Positions 13,847-27,050 of a stretch of 64,000 bases of DNA are shown one piece after another (within the stretch, counting starts at the first letter, position 1; every line of letters starts with the position of its first letter). This stretch comes from Eledone cirrhosa. Its lineage: Eukaryota. The notes under the pieces are model-generated. The model was not told the origin of the DNA, did not search any database, and saw only the letters and a program-made list of their open reading frames with translations. The DNA is taken from contig OZ024745.1 in NCBI GenBank assembly GCA_964016885.1, positions 558,001 through 622,000 of the forward strand. Direction: 5' to 3'. Made by a program: the position numbers and the translations under genes.

Positions 13847-14267
13847 GGTCAAAGTTAAAGTAAGTTGATTTATCCGAAAACTTGGATATGCTATTGTTAC
13901 AAAGCAAACTAACAATTTTTTTATTTGTAGTTGCAGTCTGACTGGACTGGAAACCATCTACTACAATTCACTTACTCATTTGTTGTATATATTTTAACAT
14001 TTACTAATAAGTATACCCTCTTATATAGTCATGAAAACCCTCTTCCGTGGTCTCTAAGCTCACAAAGCGGAGGGGACATCAAGTTAGATATCAACATTTA
14101 TTCTGTCCGTTTCAAAAAAGGAAAAATTGGAAAGCTTTGAAATGATATAATTGCCACTTTCTTCCAGATAAGAGCACACTTGGGATAGACAGAGTTGCTC
14201 TTGTATAAATGTTCAAAATAGCTGGTATCGCCTGGTGGGAATATAACAAATTCAACTGGTCCTTCAG

Positions 14268-14535
14268 CAGCACCGTTTTACGTCCGTTCTTCCACCCTAG
14301 CATGGGTTAGACGGGTTGTCCTGTTGTGGGCAGTGTCCGGTCGGCTGACCTTGTCTTGCTCATATGGGAACTGATTCTGGCATGATTTCTACAGCTGGAT
14401 GCCCTTCCTAACACCAACCTCATTTACAGTGCGTGCTGGGTGCTTTTTTTTCCGTGGCACCTACACGTCCACTTTACAGTGTGGGCTGGGTGCTTTTTTG
14501 CTGTGACACCTCCACGACCACTTTACAGTGAAATG
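14268..14535 (-). mobile_element. RTE-LINE 3' UTR fragment
   Basis: ACGTCC...CTAGCATGGGTTAGACGG and CTGGATGCCCTTCCTAACACCAACC are shared with the LINE tail at 14703-14950. Confidence 0.7.
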
Positions 14536-14554
14536 ATAGGGACCCCAGTCCTAT

Positions 14555-14702
14555 CATCTCATTTCTACAGCTGAGTAAACTGGAACAATGTGAAATAAAG
14601 TGTCTTGCTCAAGGAAACAACACCTCATCCGGTCCGAGAATTGAACTCACAACCTTTCGATTGCAAGCCCAATGCTCTAACCACTAAGCCATGTGCCTTC
14701 CT
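14555..14702 (-). mobile_element. tRNA-derived SINE (5' part)
   Basis: Minus strand reads TGGCTTAGTGGTTAG (A box) and GTGAGTTCAATTC (B box-like), then CTTGAGCAAGACACTTTATTTCACATTG as in copies at 26353 and 26760. Confidence 0.75.
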
Positions 14703-15620
14703 TCATCATCATCATCTTCGTTTAACGTCCACTTTCCACGCTAGCATGGGTTAGACGGGAGTTGTCCCACTTGAGGCAAGGTTGGTCGGGTGACCATCTC
14801 TCGCTCATATAGGACTATCTGGCAGGTTTTCTACGGCTGGATGCCCTTCCTAACACCAACCACATTTACAGTGTGGAACTGGGAACCTTTTACCGTGTTA
14901 CCTACACGGCCACATTACAGCGTGGACTGTGTGTTTTTTTTCTCGTGACACCTACATGATCTCGATCTTGATCTCATTTATCTCATTTATTTGGACTGGA
15001 TGTTGTGGAACAAACTTTATAGAGAGAGGGTGGTGTTGGTGGGAGTGGGAGGATAGGGTAGGGGTAGTGGATTGGGGTGTATATTTGGTTAAGAGGTGCC
15101 TACTGACTGTAGGTCTTCTGTATTACTGCGTAGCGCCAAAGATCTCGGTCCAGTGACATTGTCTTAGAAAGGTGCAAGTGTGTAAGGTCAGAATTTATCA
15201 GATCGTCCCAGGTTTTTCTGGGTCTACCTACTCTGTAACTACCATCAATTTTGATCGCCCTGCACTTTTTTATACAGCTGTCGTCTTTCATCTTTTTATA
15301 CCAACCTAGTCTTCTCTCGAGTAAACAGCATCTGATCCCTCTTATTCCTAATTTCTCACTTAGTTCATTTATGCTTTGCCGTTCACGTATATTACTATTA
15401 CACATCCAACGGAGCATGCATGCTTCGTTCCTTTCCAGTCTACGCAGGTCCTCTGCACGCAATGCCCATGTCTCACTGCCATATAGCATTGCTGTTCATA
15501 TACAGGCATCATACAATCTGCCTTTCATTTTTAGAGAGAAACCTTTTGTGGCCAACAGCGGTATAAGCTCTCTGAACTTTTTCCATCCCATTCTGACTCT
15601 GGCTACTGTACTTTCATAAA
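14703..15620 (-). mobile_element. 5'-truncated RTE-clade LINE: RT C-terminal remnant, 3' UTR and (GAT)n tail
   Basis: Peptide MLYGSETW...RRLERNEACMLRWMC...GRPRKTW...DRDLWR (15100..15489) is typical of RTE ORF ends; tail at 14703-14716. Confidence 0.85.
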
Positions 15621-16144
15621 AGAACATTTATGTTCCTTTTTTGGAAATTTATATATTTCCTTTCAAGGAATGTATTTATACTCTCAGCTGCCTGCAATGG
15701 TATCTTTGGAATATTGTTAATCAATTTTTTAGTAATCGACTGATATCAAAATCAGTAGTATATTGAAAAATGGAAAAATATTGTGATTTCAAGGGACAAA
15801 AGGGGGCGTTTGGCCTAAATGGGTTGAGAACCTGTGCTTTACAGTATTCGTTCTAGTCCTTTGTGCTCTGAGTCCCAATCCTGCTGAGGTCAACTTTGCT
15901 TTTCATAATTTCGAAGTCGATAAGTACTGGAGTACCTGTCCAGTACTGGAGTCCTTTCTTCCACTGTCTCTTTCTTACTTATTCTCTATCACTCTTTCTC
16001 CTTCACTGAAGAAATTAATTCAGAATAGGAAAGATGGGCACATCCAGGTTTAAAATGCTTGAGAAATGCTGTATGTCACTTCAGTTCTCCTATGATTCCA
16101 CCAGGAGTTATGAGTTTATACATACATTGGGTAAAATATACATT

Positions 16145-16312
16145 GTGTAAAATATCTGCCATACATAGTACAAAATATCTGCCATACATACATAGTACAA
16201 AATATCTGCCATACATAGTACAAAATATCTGCCATACATACATAGTACAAAATATCTGCTATACATACATAGTACAAAATATCTGCTATACATACATAGT
16301 ACAAAATATCTA
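16145..16312. repeat. 22/26-bp minisatellite (AAAATATCTGCCATACATA[CATA]GTAC)
   Basis: Direct reading. Confidence 0.9.
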
Positions 16313-17189
16313 AACTTTTCATTCTTCTCTAAGGTACAAGATCTCTCATTTACATTACTCTATATTTACTATATTTTCACGGTAAAGGCTTTATCTCACA
16401 TAATTATCTCCCATAATATCAAATCTATGAGATTTTGATATTATTTATTTTGAGAACAATACCTTAACATCAGTATGGGTGGCCGATACAGTCGGTTTGA
16501 ACAGAAAGAGGTGAAAGAATTCTGGCCAGATATGGCCGGTTTAAATGCTAAAGGGTTAAAAAAAACTCTGGACTCGCTTAATATAATTACTTCTATACTA
16601 CAACACTTGTCTGCTACAACACAATAAGGAGTGAAAATCTGATCAAAAGGTTAAAATATGAAAGGAAAAGATAAGTTCGAACACCATTGCCTCTGTTGTA
16701 CTGTCACATTTAATCCTCAACTATACTTGAAATATATTCAAAATATGCTGCAGAGAAATAATTTGAATTTTCCAAATATGGTCACTAAATCAGTGAGAAG
16801 ATGTAAATTGTTGAATCCTCAGCTGGTTGTCCCATACAGTATGTGGGTGCACATGCATGCACGTCAGTGTGCATTCATGTAGGTATGTGTGCATGCATGT
16901 GTTCATGCAAGTGTATGGATGTTTGTGCATATAAATGCGTGTGTATGTATGCATTCATGCATGTGTACATGAATTGATGCATATGTGTATGCTTGTGTGT
17001 GTGTGTAAAAATATATTGTTTGCTTGTTTGTAATATTCAGCTTTTCATTTTACATCTGTCCCAATTCAGAATAAACTTCACCAAATGGAATATAATGTGC
17101 AGGTAAGTGGTGAAATCTTGCACAGACATAAAACCCTTAATGTTAACAGTGGCGATGATGATGATGAATCAGCTTGACACAATGTGTAA

Positions 17190-17445
17190 CAAGACTGAAC
17201 CATTGAATTGCAGGTACAATCCATCCATTGGGCTTCCACACAGATTCCACCTACCCAATTTCACTCACAAGGCTTGAGTGAACCTGAGGCTATAGTAAAG
17301 ATACTTGCTCAAGATACCAAGCAGTGTGATCAAATCCAGGACATCATGGTTACACAGCAAGCTTCTTAACCAGACAGCTGTTCCTGTGTCCAAAACCTCA
17401 TGGTAACAAAACAAACTTCTTAACCACACAGCTATTCCTGTCACT
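17190..17445 (-). mobile_element. Degenerate SINE with a duplicated head segment
   Basis: CTCACAAGGCTT..AACCTGAGGCTATAGTAAAGATACTTGCTCAAG; CATGGT..CTTCTTAACCA repeated twice. Confidence 0.5.
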
Positions 17446-18876
17446 AAAATAAGATGATATTACAGACGTAATGAGAATAATTGTGGTGTTCATGAAAATG
17501 AGATGAAGGATGAGAATATTCATGTAGTAATAAGTCTAATTGTGATGACGAAATGGCAGTAATGCTGTTAGTGTGGTGGTATTGATGATGATGATGGTTC
17601 TTATGATAACATTTTGATAATAATAATAAGAAGAATGATATTGGGCTGGTGATGTTAATGGATTACTATAAGAAACAAAACTTGATACAAAATACTCTTT
17701 AGAAATTGATGTTTCAATCAGAAATTTTGTATGACCAAAAACAGCTGCTCTTGATTAAAAACAACTCCATTAGCAAAGTCTTTTCTTATAAACATTACCT
17801 GTACAATATATGAGTGTGTATAGGTATACACACACACACACACACATTATTGCGTTTGTGGGAAGTAGTTGTTTTTGAAAACAGAAGTGAAGCATTCTTG
17901 CTCATTTAATTTCGTGAAATGAACTGTATATATTGTAAAAGGTTATTATCACATCCAAGAATAGTAAACAAAATTTGAAGATAGCAGTCACTGAGAATAC
18001 AAGAGAACAATTACTGGTTATAAATAGGTTAAAAGCATTATTAGATACTGCAAACATTTGCCTAAGAAAGAAAAAAAATAAGATAGTGGATTTCTATTGT
18101 TATTTTAAGAATTGGATAGCAATCTTCTGAAGTTGAATTATTCAGAAAGTTTCTATTAACATATGCATTTCCAGTATTATTGTATAAATACTCAACATCC
18201 AGGAGAATTTAACAAGATCTTTGACCTGAAGCAATCTCACATATTCTTTTTTTTTATTTATTTATTGTTAAAGGTTAATGAGCATTCTTGCCTGCATGAA
18301 ATACTAGGTTCAGAACAGATGATTTGATCCACAAGGTTCAAAAACAGATTATAAACTGATCCATAAGGTTAAGAGTTTATTATCTGATCTACAAGATTCA
18401 GAGCAGATGATAAACTGATCAAATTATATTCACACATGCCTCTGTAGCATTACAAATGCTACAAAAAGTCCCATAAACTGTTGAATAATAGGGACACAAC
18501 CAGAGACTTCATGTGAGGTCAGTTTCATAGAGTTCAACCTTCTTTAAGCTGTTGTTTTTAGCCCAAAATCAACTTTGATCCAGTAAATTCTTGACCACAT
18601 TATCCAATGTTTCTACTGTCTAAGATAGTAGGGTATGATTTTAGGGATATTTGGCTAACAGATTAAACAACTGATTAGAGGCGCCCACTTGGTTTAACCA
18701 TCTCCAGGTTATACTCATAGAAGAGTAACTCAGCCCCAAAAAGTTGGTGCCAGAAACAGCATCTGGTTGTAAAACACTGTCTCAGACAGAACCCCCCTTA
18801 GGGAATTTTAAGACTGTCACGGTCCTTCGCAAAACTAACCCCTTGTTGTGAGGCTGATAGCTGTACACCCCGCCTA

Positions 18877-21800
18877 GAGAGACAAAAGTCAGCCCTATAC
18901 CCTACTGAGAGACAAGTCAGCCCTATACCCAACTGAGAGACAAGTCTGCCCTATATCCTACTGAGAGAGAGAAGTCTGCCCTATATCCTACTGAGAGAGA
19001 GAAGACAGTCCTATACCCTACTGAGAGAGAGAAGACAGTCCTATACCCTACTGAGAGACAAGTCAGCCCTATATCCTACTGAGAGAGAGAAGTCAGCCCT
19101 ATATCCTACTGAGAGAGAGAAGACAGTCCTATACCCTACTGAGAGACAAGTCAGCCCTATACCCAACTGAGAGACAAGTCTGCCCTATATCCTACTGAGA
19201 GAGAGAAGTCTGCCCTATATCCTACTGAGAGAGAGAAGACAGTCCTATACCCTACTGAGAGAGAGAAGACAGTCCTATACCCTACTGAGAGACAAGTCAG
19301 CCCTATATCCTACTGAGAGAGAGAAGTCTGCCCTATATCCTACTGAGAGAGAGAAGACAGTCCTATACCCTACTGAGAGAGAGAAGACAGTCCTATACCC
19401 TACTGAGAGACAAGTCAGCCCTATATCCTACTGAGAGAGAGAAGTCTGCCCTATATCCTACTGAGAGAGAGAAGACAGTCCTATACCCTACTGAGAGAGA
19501 GAAGACAGTCCTATACCCTACTGAGAGACAAGTCAGCCCTATATCCTACTGAGAGACAAGTCAGCCCTATACCCTACTGAGAGAGAGAGAAGTCAGCCCT
19601 ATATCCTACTGAGAGAGAGAAATCAGCCCTATACCCTACTGAGAGAGAGAAATCAGCCCTATACCCTACTGAGAGAGAGACAAGTCAGCCCTATATCCTA
19701 CTGAGAGAGAGAAGTCAGCCCTATACCCTACTGAGAGAGAGAAGTCAGCCCTATATCCTACTGAGAGAGAGAAGTCAGCCCTATACCCTACTGAGAGAGA
19801 CAAGTCAGCCCTATACCCTACTGAGAGAGAGAGAAGTCAGCCCTATATCCTACTGAGAGAGAGAAATCAGCCCTATACCCTACTGAGAGAGAGAAATCAG
19901 CCCTATACCCTACTGAGAGAGAGACAAGTCAGCCCTATATCCTACTGAGAGAGAGAAGTCAGCCCTATACCCTACTGAGAGAGAGAAGTCAGCCCTATAC
20001 CCTACTGAGAGAGAGAAATCAGCCCTATACCCTACTGAGAGAGAGAGAAATCAGCCCTATACCCTACTGAGAGAGACAAGTTAGTCTCCCCTCTCCACAC
20101 CACCAATGTTGAAAGGCAATGGCCGATACAGCTTGGCACCAGTGACATCACAACTAATTTCTTCAGCTGAGTAAACTGGAGCAACGTGAACTAAAGTGTC
20201 TTGTTCAAGGACACAATGCTTCACCTGGTCTGAGAATTAAACTCACAACCTCACGACTGTAAGCCCAACCTCTAACCACTCATCCAAATCATCCAAATCT
20301 GATGAGTGGTTAGGGTATAGGACTGTCTTCTCTCTCTCAGTAGGATATAGGGCAGACTTCTCTCTCTCTCAGTAGGGTATAGGGCAGACTTCTCTCTCTC
20401 TCAGTAGGGTATAGGGCTGACTTCTCTCTCTCTCAGTAGGGTATAGGGCTGACTTCTCTCTCTCTCAGTAGGGTATAGGGCTGACTTGTCTCTCTCTCAG
20501 TAGGATATAGGGCTGACTTCTCTCTCTCAGTAGGGTATAGGGCTGATTTCTCTCTCTCAGTAGGGTATAGGGCTGACTTCTCTCTCTCTCAGTAGGGTAT
20601 AGGGCTGACTTCTCTCTCTCAGTAGGGTATAGGGCTGATTTCTCTCTCTCAGTAGGGTATAGGGCTGACTTGTCTCTCTCTCAGTAGGGTATAGGGCTGA
20701 CTTGTCTCTCTCTCAGTAGGGTATAGGGCTGACTTGTCTCTCTCTCAGTAGGATATAGGGCTGACTTCTCTCTCTCAGTAGGGTATAGGGCTGACTTGTC
20801 TCTCTCAGTAGGGTATAGGGCTGACTTCTCTCTCTCTCAGTAGGGTATAGGGCTGACTTCTCTCTCTCAGTAGGGTATAGGGCTGACTTCTCTCTCTCAG
20901 TAGGGTATAGGGCTGACTTCTCTCTCTCTCAGTAGGGTATAGGGCTGACTTGTCTCTCTCTCAGTAGGATATAGGGCTGACTTCTCTCTCTCAGTAGGGT
21001 ATAGGGCTGACTTGTCTCTCTCAGTAGGGTATAGGGCTGACTTCTCTCTCTCTCAGTAGGGTATAGGGCTGACTTCTCTCTCTCAGTAGGGTATAGGGCT
21101 GACTTCTCTCTCTCAGTAGGGTATAGGGCTGACTTCTCTCTCTCTCAGTAGGGTATAGGGCTGACTTGTCTCTCTCTCAGTAGGATATAGGGCTGACTTC
21201 TCTCTCTCAGTAGGGTATAGGGCTGACTTGTCTCTCTCAGTAGGGTATAGGGCTGACTTCTCTCTCTCAGTAGGGTATAGGGCTGACTTCTCTCTCTCTC
21301 AGTAGGGTATAGGGCTGATTTCTCTCTCTCAGTAGGATATAGGGCTGACTTGTCTCTCTCTCAGTAGGGTATAGGGCTGACTTCTCTCTCTCAGTAGGGT
21401 ATAGGGCTGACTTCTCTCTCTCAGTAGGGTATAGGGCTGACTTCTCTCTCTCTCAGTAGGGTATAGGGCTGACTTGTCTCTCTCAGCAGGGTATAGGGCT
21501 GACTTCTCTCTCTCTCAGTAGGGTATAGGGCTGACTTCTCTCTCTCTCAGTAGGGTATAGGGCTGACTTCTCTCTCTCTCAGTAGGGTATAGGGCTGATT
21601 TCTCTCTCTCAGTAGGGTATAGGGCTGACTTGTCTCTCTCTCAGTAGGGTATAGGGCTGATTTCTCTCTCTCAGTAGGATATAGGGCTGACTTCTCTCTC
21701 TCTCAGTAGGGTATAGGGCTGACTTGTCTCTCTCTCAGTAGGATATAGGGCTGACTTCTCTCTCTCTCAGTAGGGTATAGGGCTGACTTGTCTCTCTCAG

Positions 21801-24800
21801 CAGGGTATAGGGCTGATTTCTCTCTCTCAGTAGGATATAGGGCTGACTTGTCTCTCTCTCAGTAGGGTATAGGGCTGATTTCTCTCTCTCAGTAGGATAT
21901 AGGGCTGACTTCTCTCTCTCTCAGTAGGGTATAGGGCTGACTTGTCTCTCTCAGTAGGGTATAGGGCTGACTTCTCTCTCTCTCAGTAGGATATAGGGCT
22001 GACTTCTCTCTCTCTCAGTAGGGTATAGGGCTGACTTCTCTCTCTCTCAGTAGGGTATAGGGCTGACTTGTCTCTCTCAGTAGGGTATAGGGCTGACTTC
22101 TCTCTCTCTCAGTAGGGTATAGGGCTGACTTCTCTCTCTCTCAGTAGGGTATAGGGCTGACTTCTCTCTCTCTCAGTAGGGTATAGGGCTGACTTGTCTC
22201 TCTCAGCAGGGTATAGGGCTGATTTCTCTCTCTCAGTAGGATATAGGGCTGACTTCTCTCTCTCAGTAGGGTATAGGGCTGACTTCTCTCTCTCAGTAGG
22301 GTATAGGGCTGACTTCTCTCTCTCAGTAGGGTATAGGGCTGATTTCTCTCTCTCAGTAGGATATAGGGCTGACTTCTCTCTCTCTCAGTAGGGTATAGGG
22401 CTGACTTCTCTCTCTCTCAGTAGGGTATAGGGCTGACTTCTCTCTCTCTCAGTAGGGTATAGGGCTGACTTCTCTCTCTCTCAGTAGGGTATAGGGCTGA
22501 CTTGTCTCTCTCTCAGTAGGGTATAGGGCTGACTTCTCTCTCTCTCAGTAGGGTATAGGGCTGACTTCTCTCTCTCTCAGTAGGATATAGGGCTGACTTC
22601 TCTCTCTCTCTCAGTAGGGTATAGGGCTGACTTCTCTCTCTCTCAGTAGGATATAGGGCTGACTTCTCTCTCTCAGTAGGGTATAGGCCTGACTTGTCTC
22701 TCTCAGCAGGGTATAGGGCTGACTTCTCTCTCTCAGTAGGATATAGGGCTGATTTCTCTCTCTCAGTAGGGTATAGGACTGACTTGTCTCTCAGTAGGGT
22801 ATAGGACCGACTTGTCTCTCAGTAGGGTATAGGACCGACTTGTCTCTCAGTAGGGTATAGGGCTGACTTGTCTCTCTCAGTAGGATATAGGGCTGACTTC
22901 TCTCTCAGTAGGGTATAGGGCTGACTTCTCTCTCTCAGTAGGGTATAGGCCTGACTTGTCTCTCAGTAGGGTATAGGGCTGACTTGTCTCTCTCAGTAGG
23001 GTATAGGGCTGATTTGTCTCTCTCAGTAGGGTATAGGGCTGATTTGTCTCTCTCAGTAGGGTATAGGGCTGACTTGTCTCTCTCAGTAGGGTATAGGGCT
23101 GACTTGTCTCTCTCAGTAGGGTATAGGGCTGACTTCTCTCTCTCAGTAGGGTATAGGGCTGACTTCTCTCTCTCAGTAGGGTATAGGGCTGACTTCTCTA
23201 CTGAGAGAGAGAGAAGTCAGCCCTATACCCTACTGAGAGAGAGAAGTCAGCCCTATATCCTACTGAGAGAGAGAAGTCAGCCCTATATCCTACTGAGAGA
23301 GACAAGTCAGCCCTATACCCTACTGAGAGACAAGTCGGTCCTATACCCAACTGAGAGAGAGAAATCAGCCCTATATCATACTGAGAGAGAGAAGTCAGCC
23401 CTATACCCTACTGAGAGACAAGTCAGCCCTATACCCTACTGAGAGAGAGACAAGTCAGCCCTATACCCTACTGAGAGAGACAAGTCAGCCCTATATCCTA
23501 CTGAGAGAGAGAAGTCAGCCCTATACCCTACTGAGAGAGAGAGAAGTCAGCCCTATACCCTACTGAGAGAGAGAAGTCAGCCCTATATCCTACTGAGAGA
23601 GAGAAATCAGCCCTATACCCTACTGAGAGAGACAAGTCAGCCCTATACCCTACTGAGAGAGAGAAATCAGCCCTATACCCTACTGAGAGAGACAAGTTAG
23701 TCTCCCCTCTCCACACCACCAATGTTGAAAGGCAATGGCCGATACAGCTTGGCACCAGTGACATCACAACTAATTTCTTCAGCTGAGTAAACTGGAGCAA
23801 CGTGAACTAAAGTGTCTTGTTCAAGGACACAATGCTTCACCTGGTCTGAGAATTAAACTCACAACCTCACGACTGTAAGCCCAACCTCTAACCACTCATC
23901 CAAATCTGTGTGTAGATAAAAATGACAAATTATTTACCTTAGTATATATATAGTTCTTCATAGAATTATTGTTTTCAGTTTGTTTACTTGGCTACAAAAT
24001 GTTTGTACTCTGTATTGTTGAGAAGGGTCATGTCCTAATATTGTCAAATTGAATTCTATTTCCTCTAATTTGGGAGAGACCTGTCAGTGTCAGAATTCCA
24101 ATTTGAGCCAAGCTCCATCTTCTCACATCCACCATCATCTGGACAAACTGTTGACTAACTTCCACTAGCATTTCATTTTCTTCTTCTTCTTCTTCTCTTC
24201 TCCTCTGCCCTTTCCTCTACTAGGTAACTATAAACCTCCACTAATCTCAGTGTCTCTCTGTCAACAGTAAAAGGTCACCAATGGTTGATAGATGGGATGT
24301 ACAGGAAAATACAAAATTGAGTTCACAAGTATGTCACTTATAAAGTTGGCCTACAAACCTATTTGATGACTTCTCTCTCTCAGTAGGATATAGGGCTGAC
24401 TTCTCTCTCTCAGTAGGGTATAGGGCTGATTTCTCTCTCTCAGTAGGGTATAGGGCTGACTTCTCTCTCTCAGTAGGGTATAGGGCTGACTTCTCTCTCT
24501 TAGTAGGATATAGGGCTGACTTCTCTCTCTCAGTAGGGTATAGGGCTGACTTCTCTCTCTTAGTAGGATATAGGGCTGACTTCTCTCTCTCAGTAGGGTA
24601 TAGGGCTGACTTCTCTCTCTCAGTAGGGTATAGGGCTGATTTCTCTCTCTCAGTAGGGTATAGGGCTGACTTGTCTCTCTCAGTAGGGTATAGGGCTGAT
24701 TTCTCTCTCTCAGTAGGATATAGGGCTGACTTCTCTCTCTCAGTAGGGTATAGGGCTGACTTGTCTCTCTCAGTAGGGTATAGGGCTGATTTCTCTCTCT

Positions 24801-25889
24801 CAGTAGGATATAGGGCTGACTTCTCTCTCTCAGTAGGGTATAGGGTTGACTTGTCTCTCTCAGTAGGGTATAGGGCTGATTTCTCTCTCTCAGTAGGATA
24901 TAGGGCTGACTTCTCTCTCTCAGTAGGGTATAGGGCTGACTTCTCTCTCTCAGTAGGGTATAGGGCTGACTTGTCTCTCAGTAGGGTATAGGGCTGACTT
25001 GTCTCTCAGTAGGGTATAGGGCTGACTTGTCTCTCTCAGTAGGGTATAGGGCTGACTTGTCTCTCTCAGTAGGGTATAGGGCTGACTTCTCTCTCTCAGT
25101 AGGGTATAGGGCTGACTTCTCTACTGAGAGAGACAAGTCAGCCCTATATCCTACTGAGAGAGACAAGTCAGCCCTATACCCTACTGAGAGAGACAAGTCA
25201 GCCCTATACCCTACTGAGAGACAAGTCAGCCCTATATCCTACTGAGAGAGAGAAGTCAGCCCTATACCCTACTGAGAGAGAGAAATCAGCCCTATACCCT
25301 ACTGAGAGAGAGAAGTCAGCCCTATACCCTACTGAGAGAGAGAAGTCAGCCCTATACCCTACTGAGAGAGAGAAATCAGCCCTATACCCTACTGAGAGAG
25401 AGAAGTCAGCCCTATATCCTACTGAGAGAGAGAAATCAGCCCTATACCCTACTGAGAGAGAGAAGTCAGCCCTATATCCTACTGAGAGAGACAAGTCAGC
25501 CCTATATCCTACTGAGAGAGAGAAATCAGCCCTATACCCTACTGAGAGAGAGAAGTCAGCCCTATACCCTACTGAGAGAGAGAAATCAGCCCTATACCCT
25601 ACTGAGAGAGAGAAGTCAGCCCTATATCCTACTGAGAGAGAGAAGTCAGCCCTATACCCTACTGAGAGAGACAAGTCAGCCCTATATCCTACTGAGAGAG
25701 AGAAGTCAGCCCTATACCCTACTGAGAGAGAGAAATCAGCCCTATACCCTACTGAGAGAGAGACAAGTCAGCCCTATACCCTACTGAGAGAGAGAAATCA
25801 GCCCTATACCCTACTGAGAGAGAGAAGTCAGCCCTATACCCTACTGAGAGAGAGAAGTCAGCCCTATATCCTACTGAGAGAGAGAAGTC
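18877..25889. repeat. 28-32 bp satellite (CTACTGAGAGAGAGAAGTCAGCCCTATACC)n in five blocks of alternating orientation
   Basis: Forward 18877-20085, reverse 20311-23197, forward 23198-23700, reverse 24367-25120, forward 25121-25889. Confidence 0.96.
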
Positions 25890-26558
25890 ATCAAATAGGT
25901 TTGTAGGCCAACTTTATAAGTGACATACTTGTGAACTCAATTTTGTATTTTCCTGTACATCCCATCTATCAACCATTGGTGACCTTTTACTGTTGACAGA
26001 GAGACACTGAGATTAGTGGAGGTTTATAGTTACCTAGTAGAGGAAAGGGCAGAGGAGAAGAGAAGAAGAAGAAGAAGAAAATGAAATGCTAGTGGAAGTT
26101 AGTCAACAGTTTGTCCAGATGATGGTGGATGTGAGAAGATGGAGCTTGGCTCAAATTGGAATTCTGACACTGACAGGTCTCTCCCAAATTAGAGGAAATA
26201 GAATTCAATTTGACAATATTAGGACATGACCCTTCTCAACAATACAGAGTACAAACATTTTGTAGCCAAGTAAACAAACTGAAAACAATAATTCTATGAA
26301 GAACTATATATATACTAAGGTAAATAATTTGTCATTTTTATCTACACACAGATTTGGATGAGTGGTTAGAGGTTGGGCTTACAGTCGTGAGGTTGTGAGT
26401 TTAATTCTCAGACCAGGTGAAGCATTGTGTCCTTGAACAAGACACTTTAGTTCACGTTGCTCCAGTTTACTCAGCTGAAGAAATTAGTTGTGATGTCACT
26501 GGTGCCAAGCTGTATCGGCCATTGCCTTTCAACATTGGTGGTGTGGAGAGGGGAGACT
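23700..26558. repeat. Large inverted repeat (palindrome) centred near 25120
   Basis: 23700-24368 (SINE piece plus unique DNA) is the reverse complement of 25887-26558, with inverted satellite blocks between. Confidence 0.93.
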
Positions 26559-26670
26559 GGTATACATGGGTGACTGCTGGTCTTCCACAAACAACCTTGC
26601 CCAGACTTGTGCCACTAGGTCCAAATCCCATGGTCATTTGTGACCAAAGGGGGTCGTTATCCTTTACCAT
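26353..26670 (+). mobile_element. tRNA-derived SINE; partial inverted copies at 20086-20300 and 23701-23905
   Basis: AGTGGTTAGAG...GTTGTGAGTTTAATTC head, CTTGAACAAGACACTTTAG core; continues past the point where the two partial copies stop. Confidence 0.8.
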
Positions 26671-26759
26671 TCATATATATGATTGTTTTATGTAAAAAAC
26701 ACTGAATTAAGGGTTCCTATATCCATCATCATCACTGTATATATTGTATATAGATAATA

Positions 26760-27050
26760 GGCATTGTGGTTAGGGTGCTGGTTTCATGATTGTAAGGTCA
26801 TGAGATCAATTCCCTAACTGGACAATGTGTTCTGTCCTTAAGCAAGGCACTTTATTTCACATTGCTCCAGTTTACACAGCTGGAAAAAATGAGTTGTACC
26901 TGTAATTGAAGAGGCCAGCTTTGTCACATATTGTATCACACTGAATCACAGAACAACATTAAGGAGTGCACATATCTGTGGAATGCTCAGCCACCTTCAG
27001 AAGCAGTCAAATCTGTTTTATTGGATCAACTGGAACACTAGTCATTAGAA
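26760..27050 (+). mobile_element. Degenerate tRNA-derived SINE
   Basis: GTGGTTAGGGTG head, AAGCAAGGCACTTTATTTCACATTGCTCCAG core; tail resembles 49700-49840 and the reverse complement of 49950-50075. Confidence 0.6.

Larger units (their letters stand above)
11173..15836 (+). mobile_element. hAT (Buster/Charlie-like) DNA transposon, decayed, with nested insertions
   Basis: TIRs TAAAGGTTCTCAAC (11173-11186) and GTTGAGAACCTGTG (15823-15836); 8-bp TSD CTTTACAG (11165-11172, 15837-15844) with central TA; internal transposase remnant. Confidence 0.88.

Noticed and set aside
14555-14702. tRNA gene
   Set aside because: The tRNA-like head runs into a SINE core repeated elsewhere in the window; no intact cloverleaf
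18877-25889. Hammerhead ribozymes in the satellite (CTGAGAG..GAAA)
   Set aside because: CTGAGAG does not match CTGANGA and the required stems are missing
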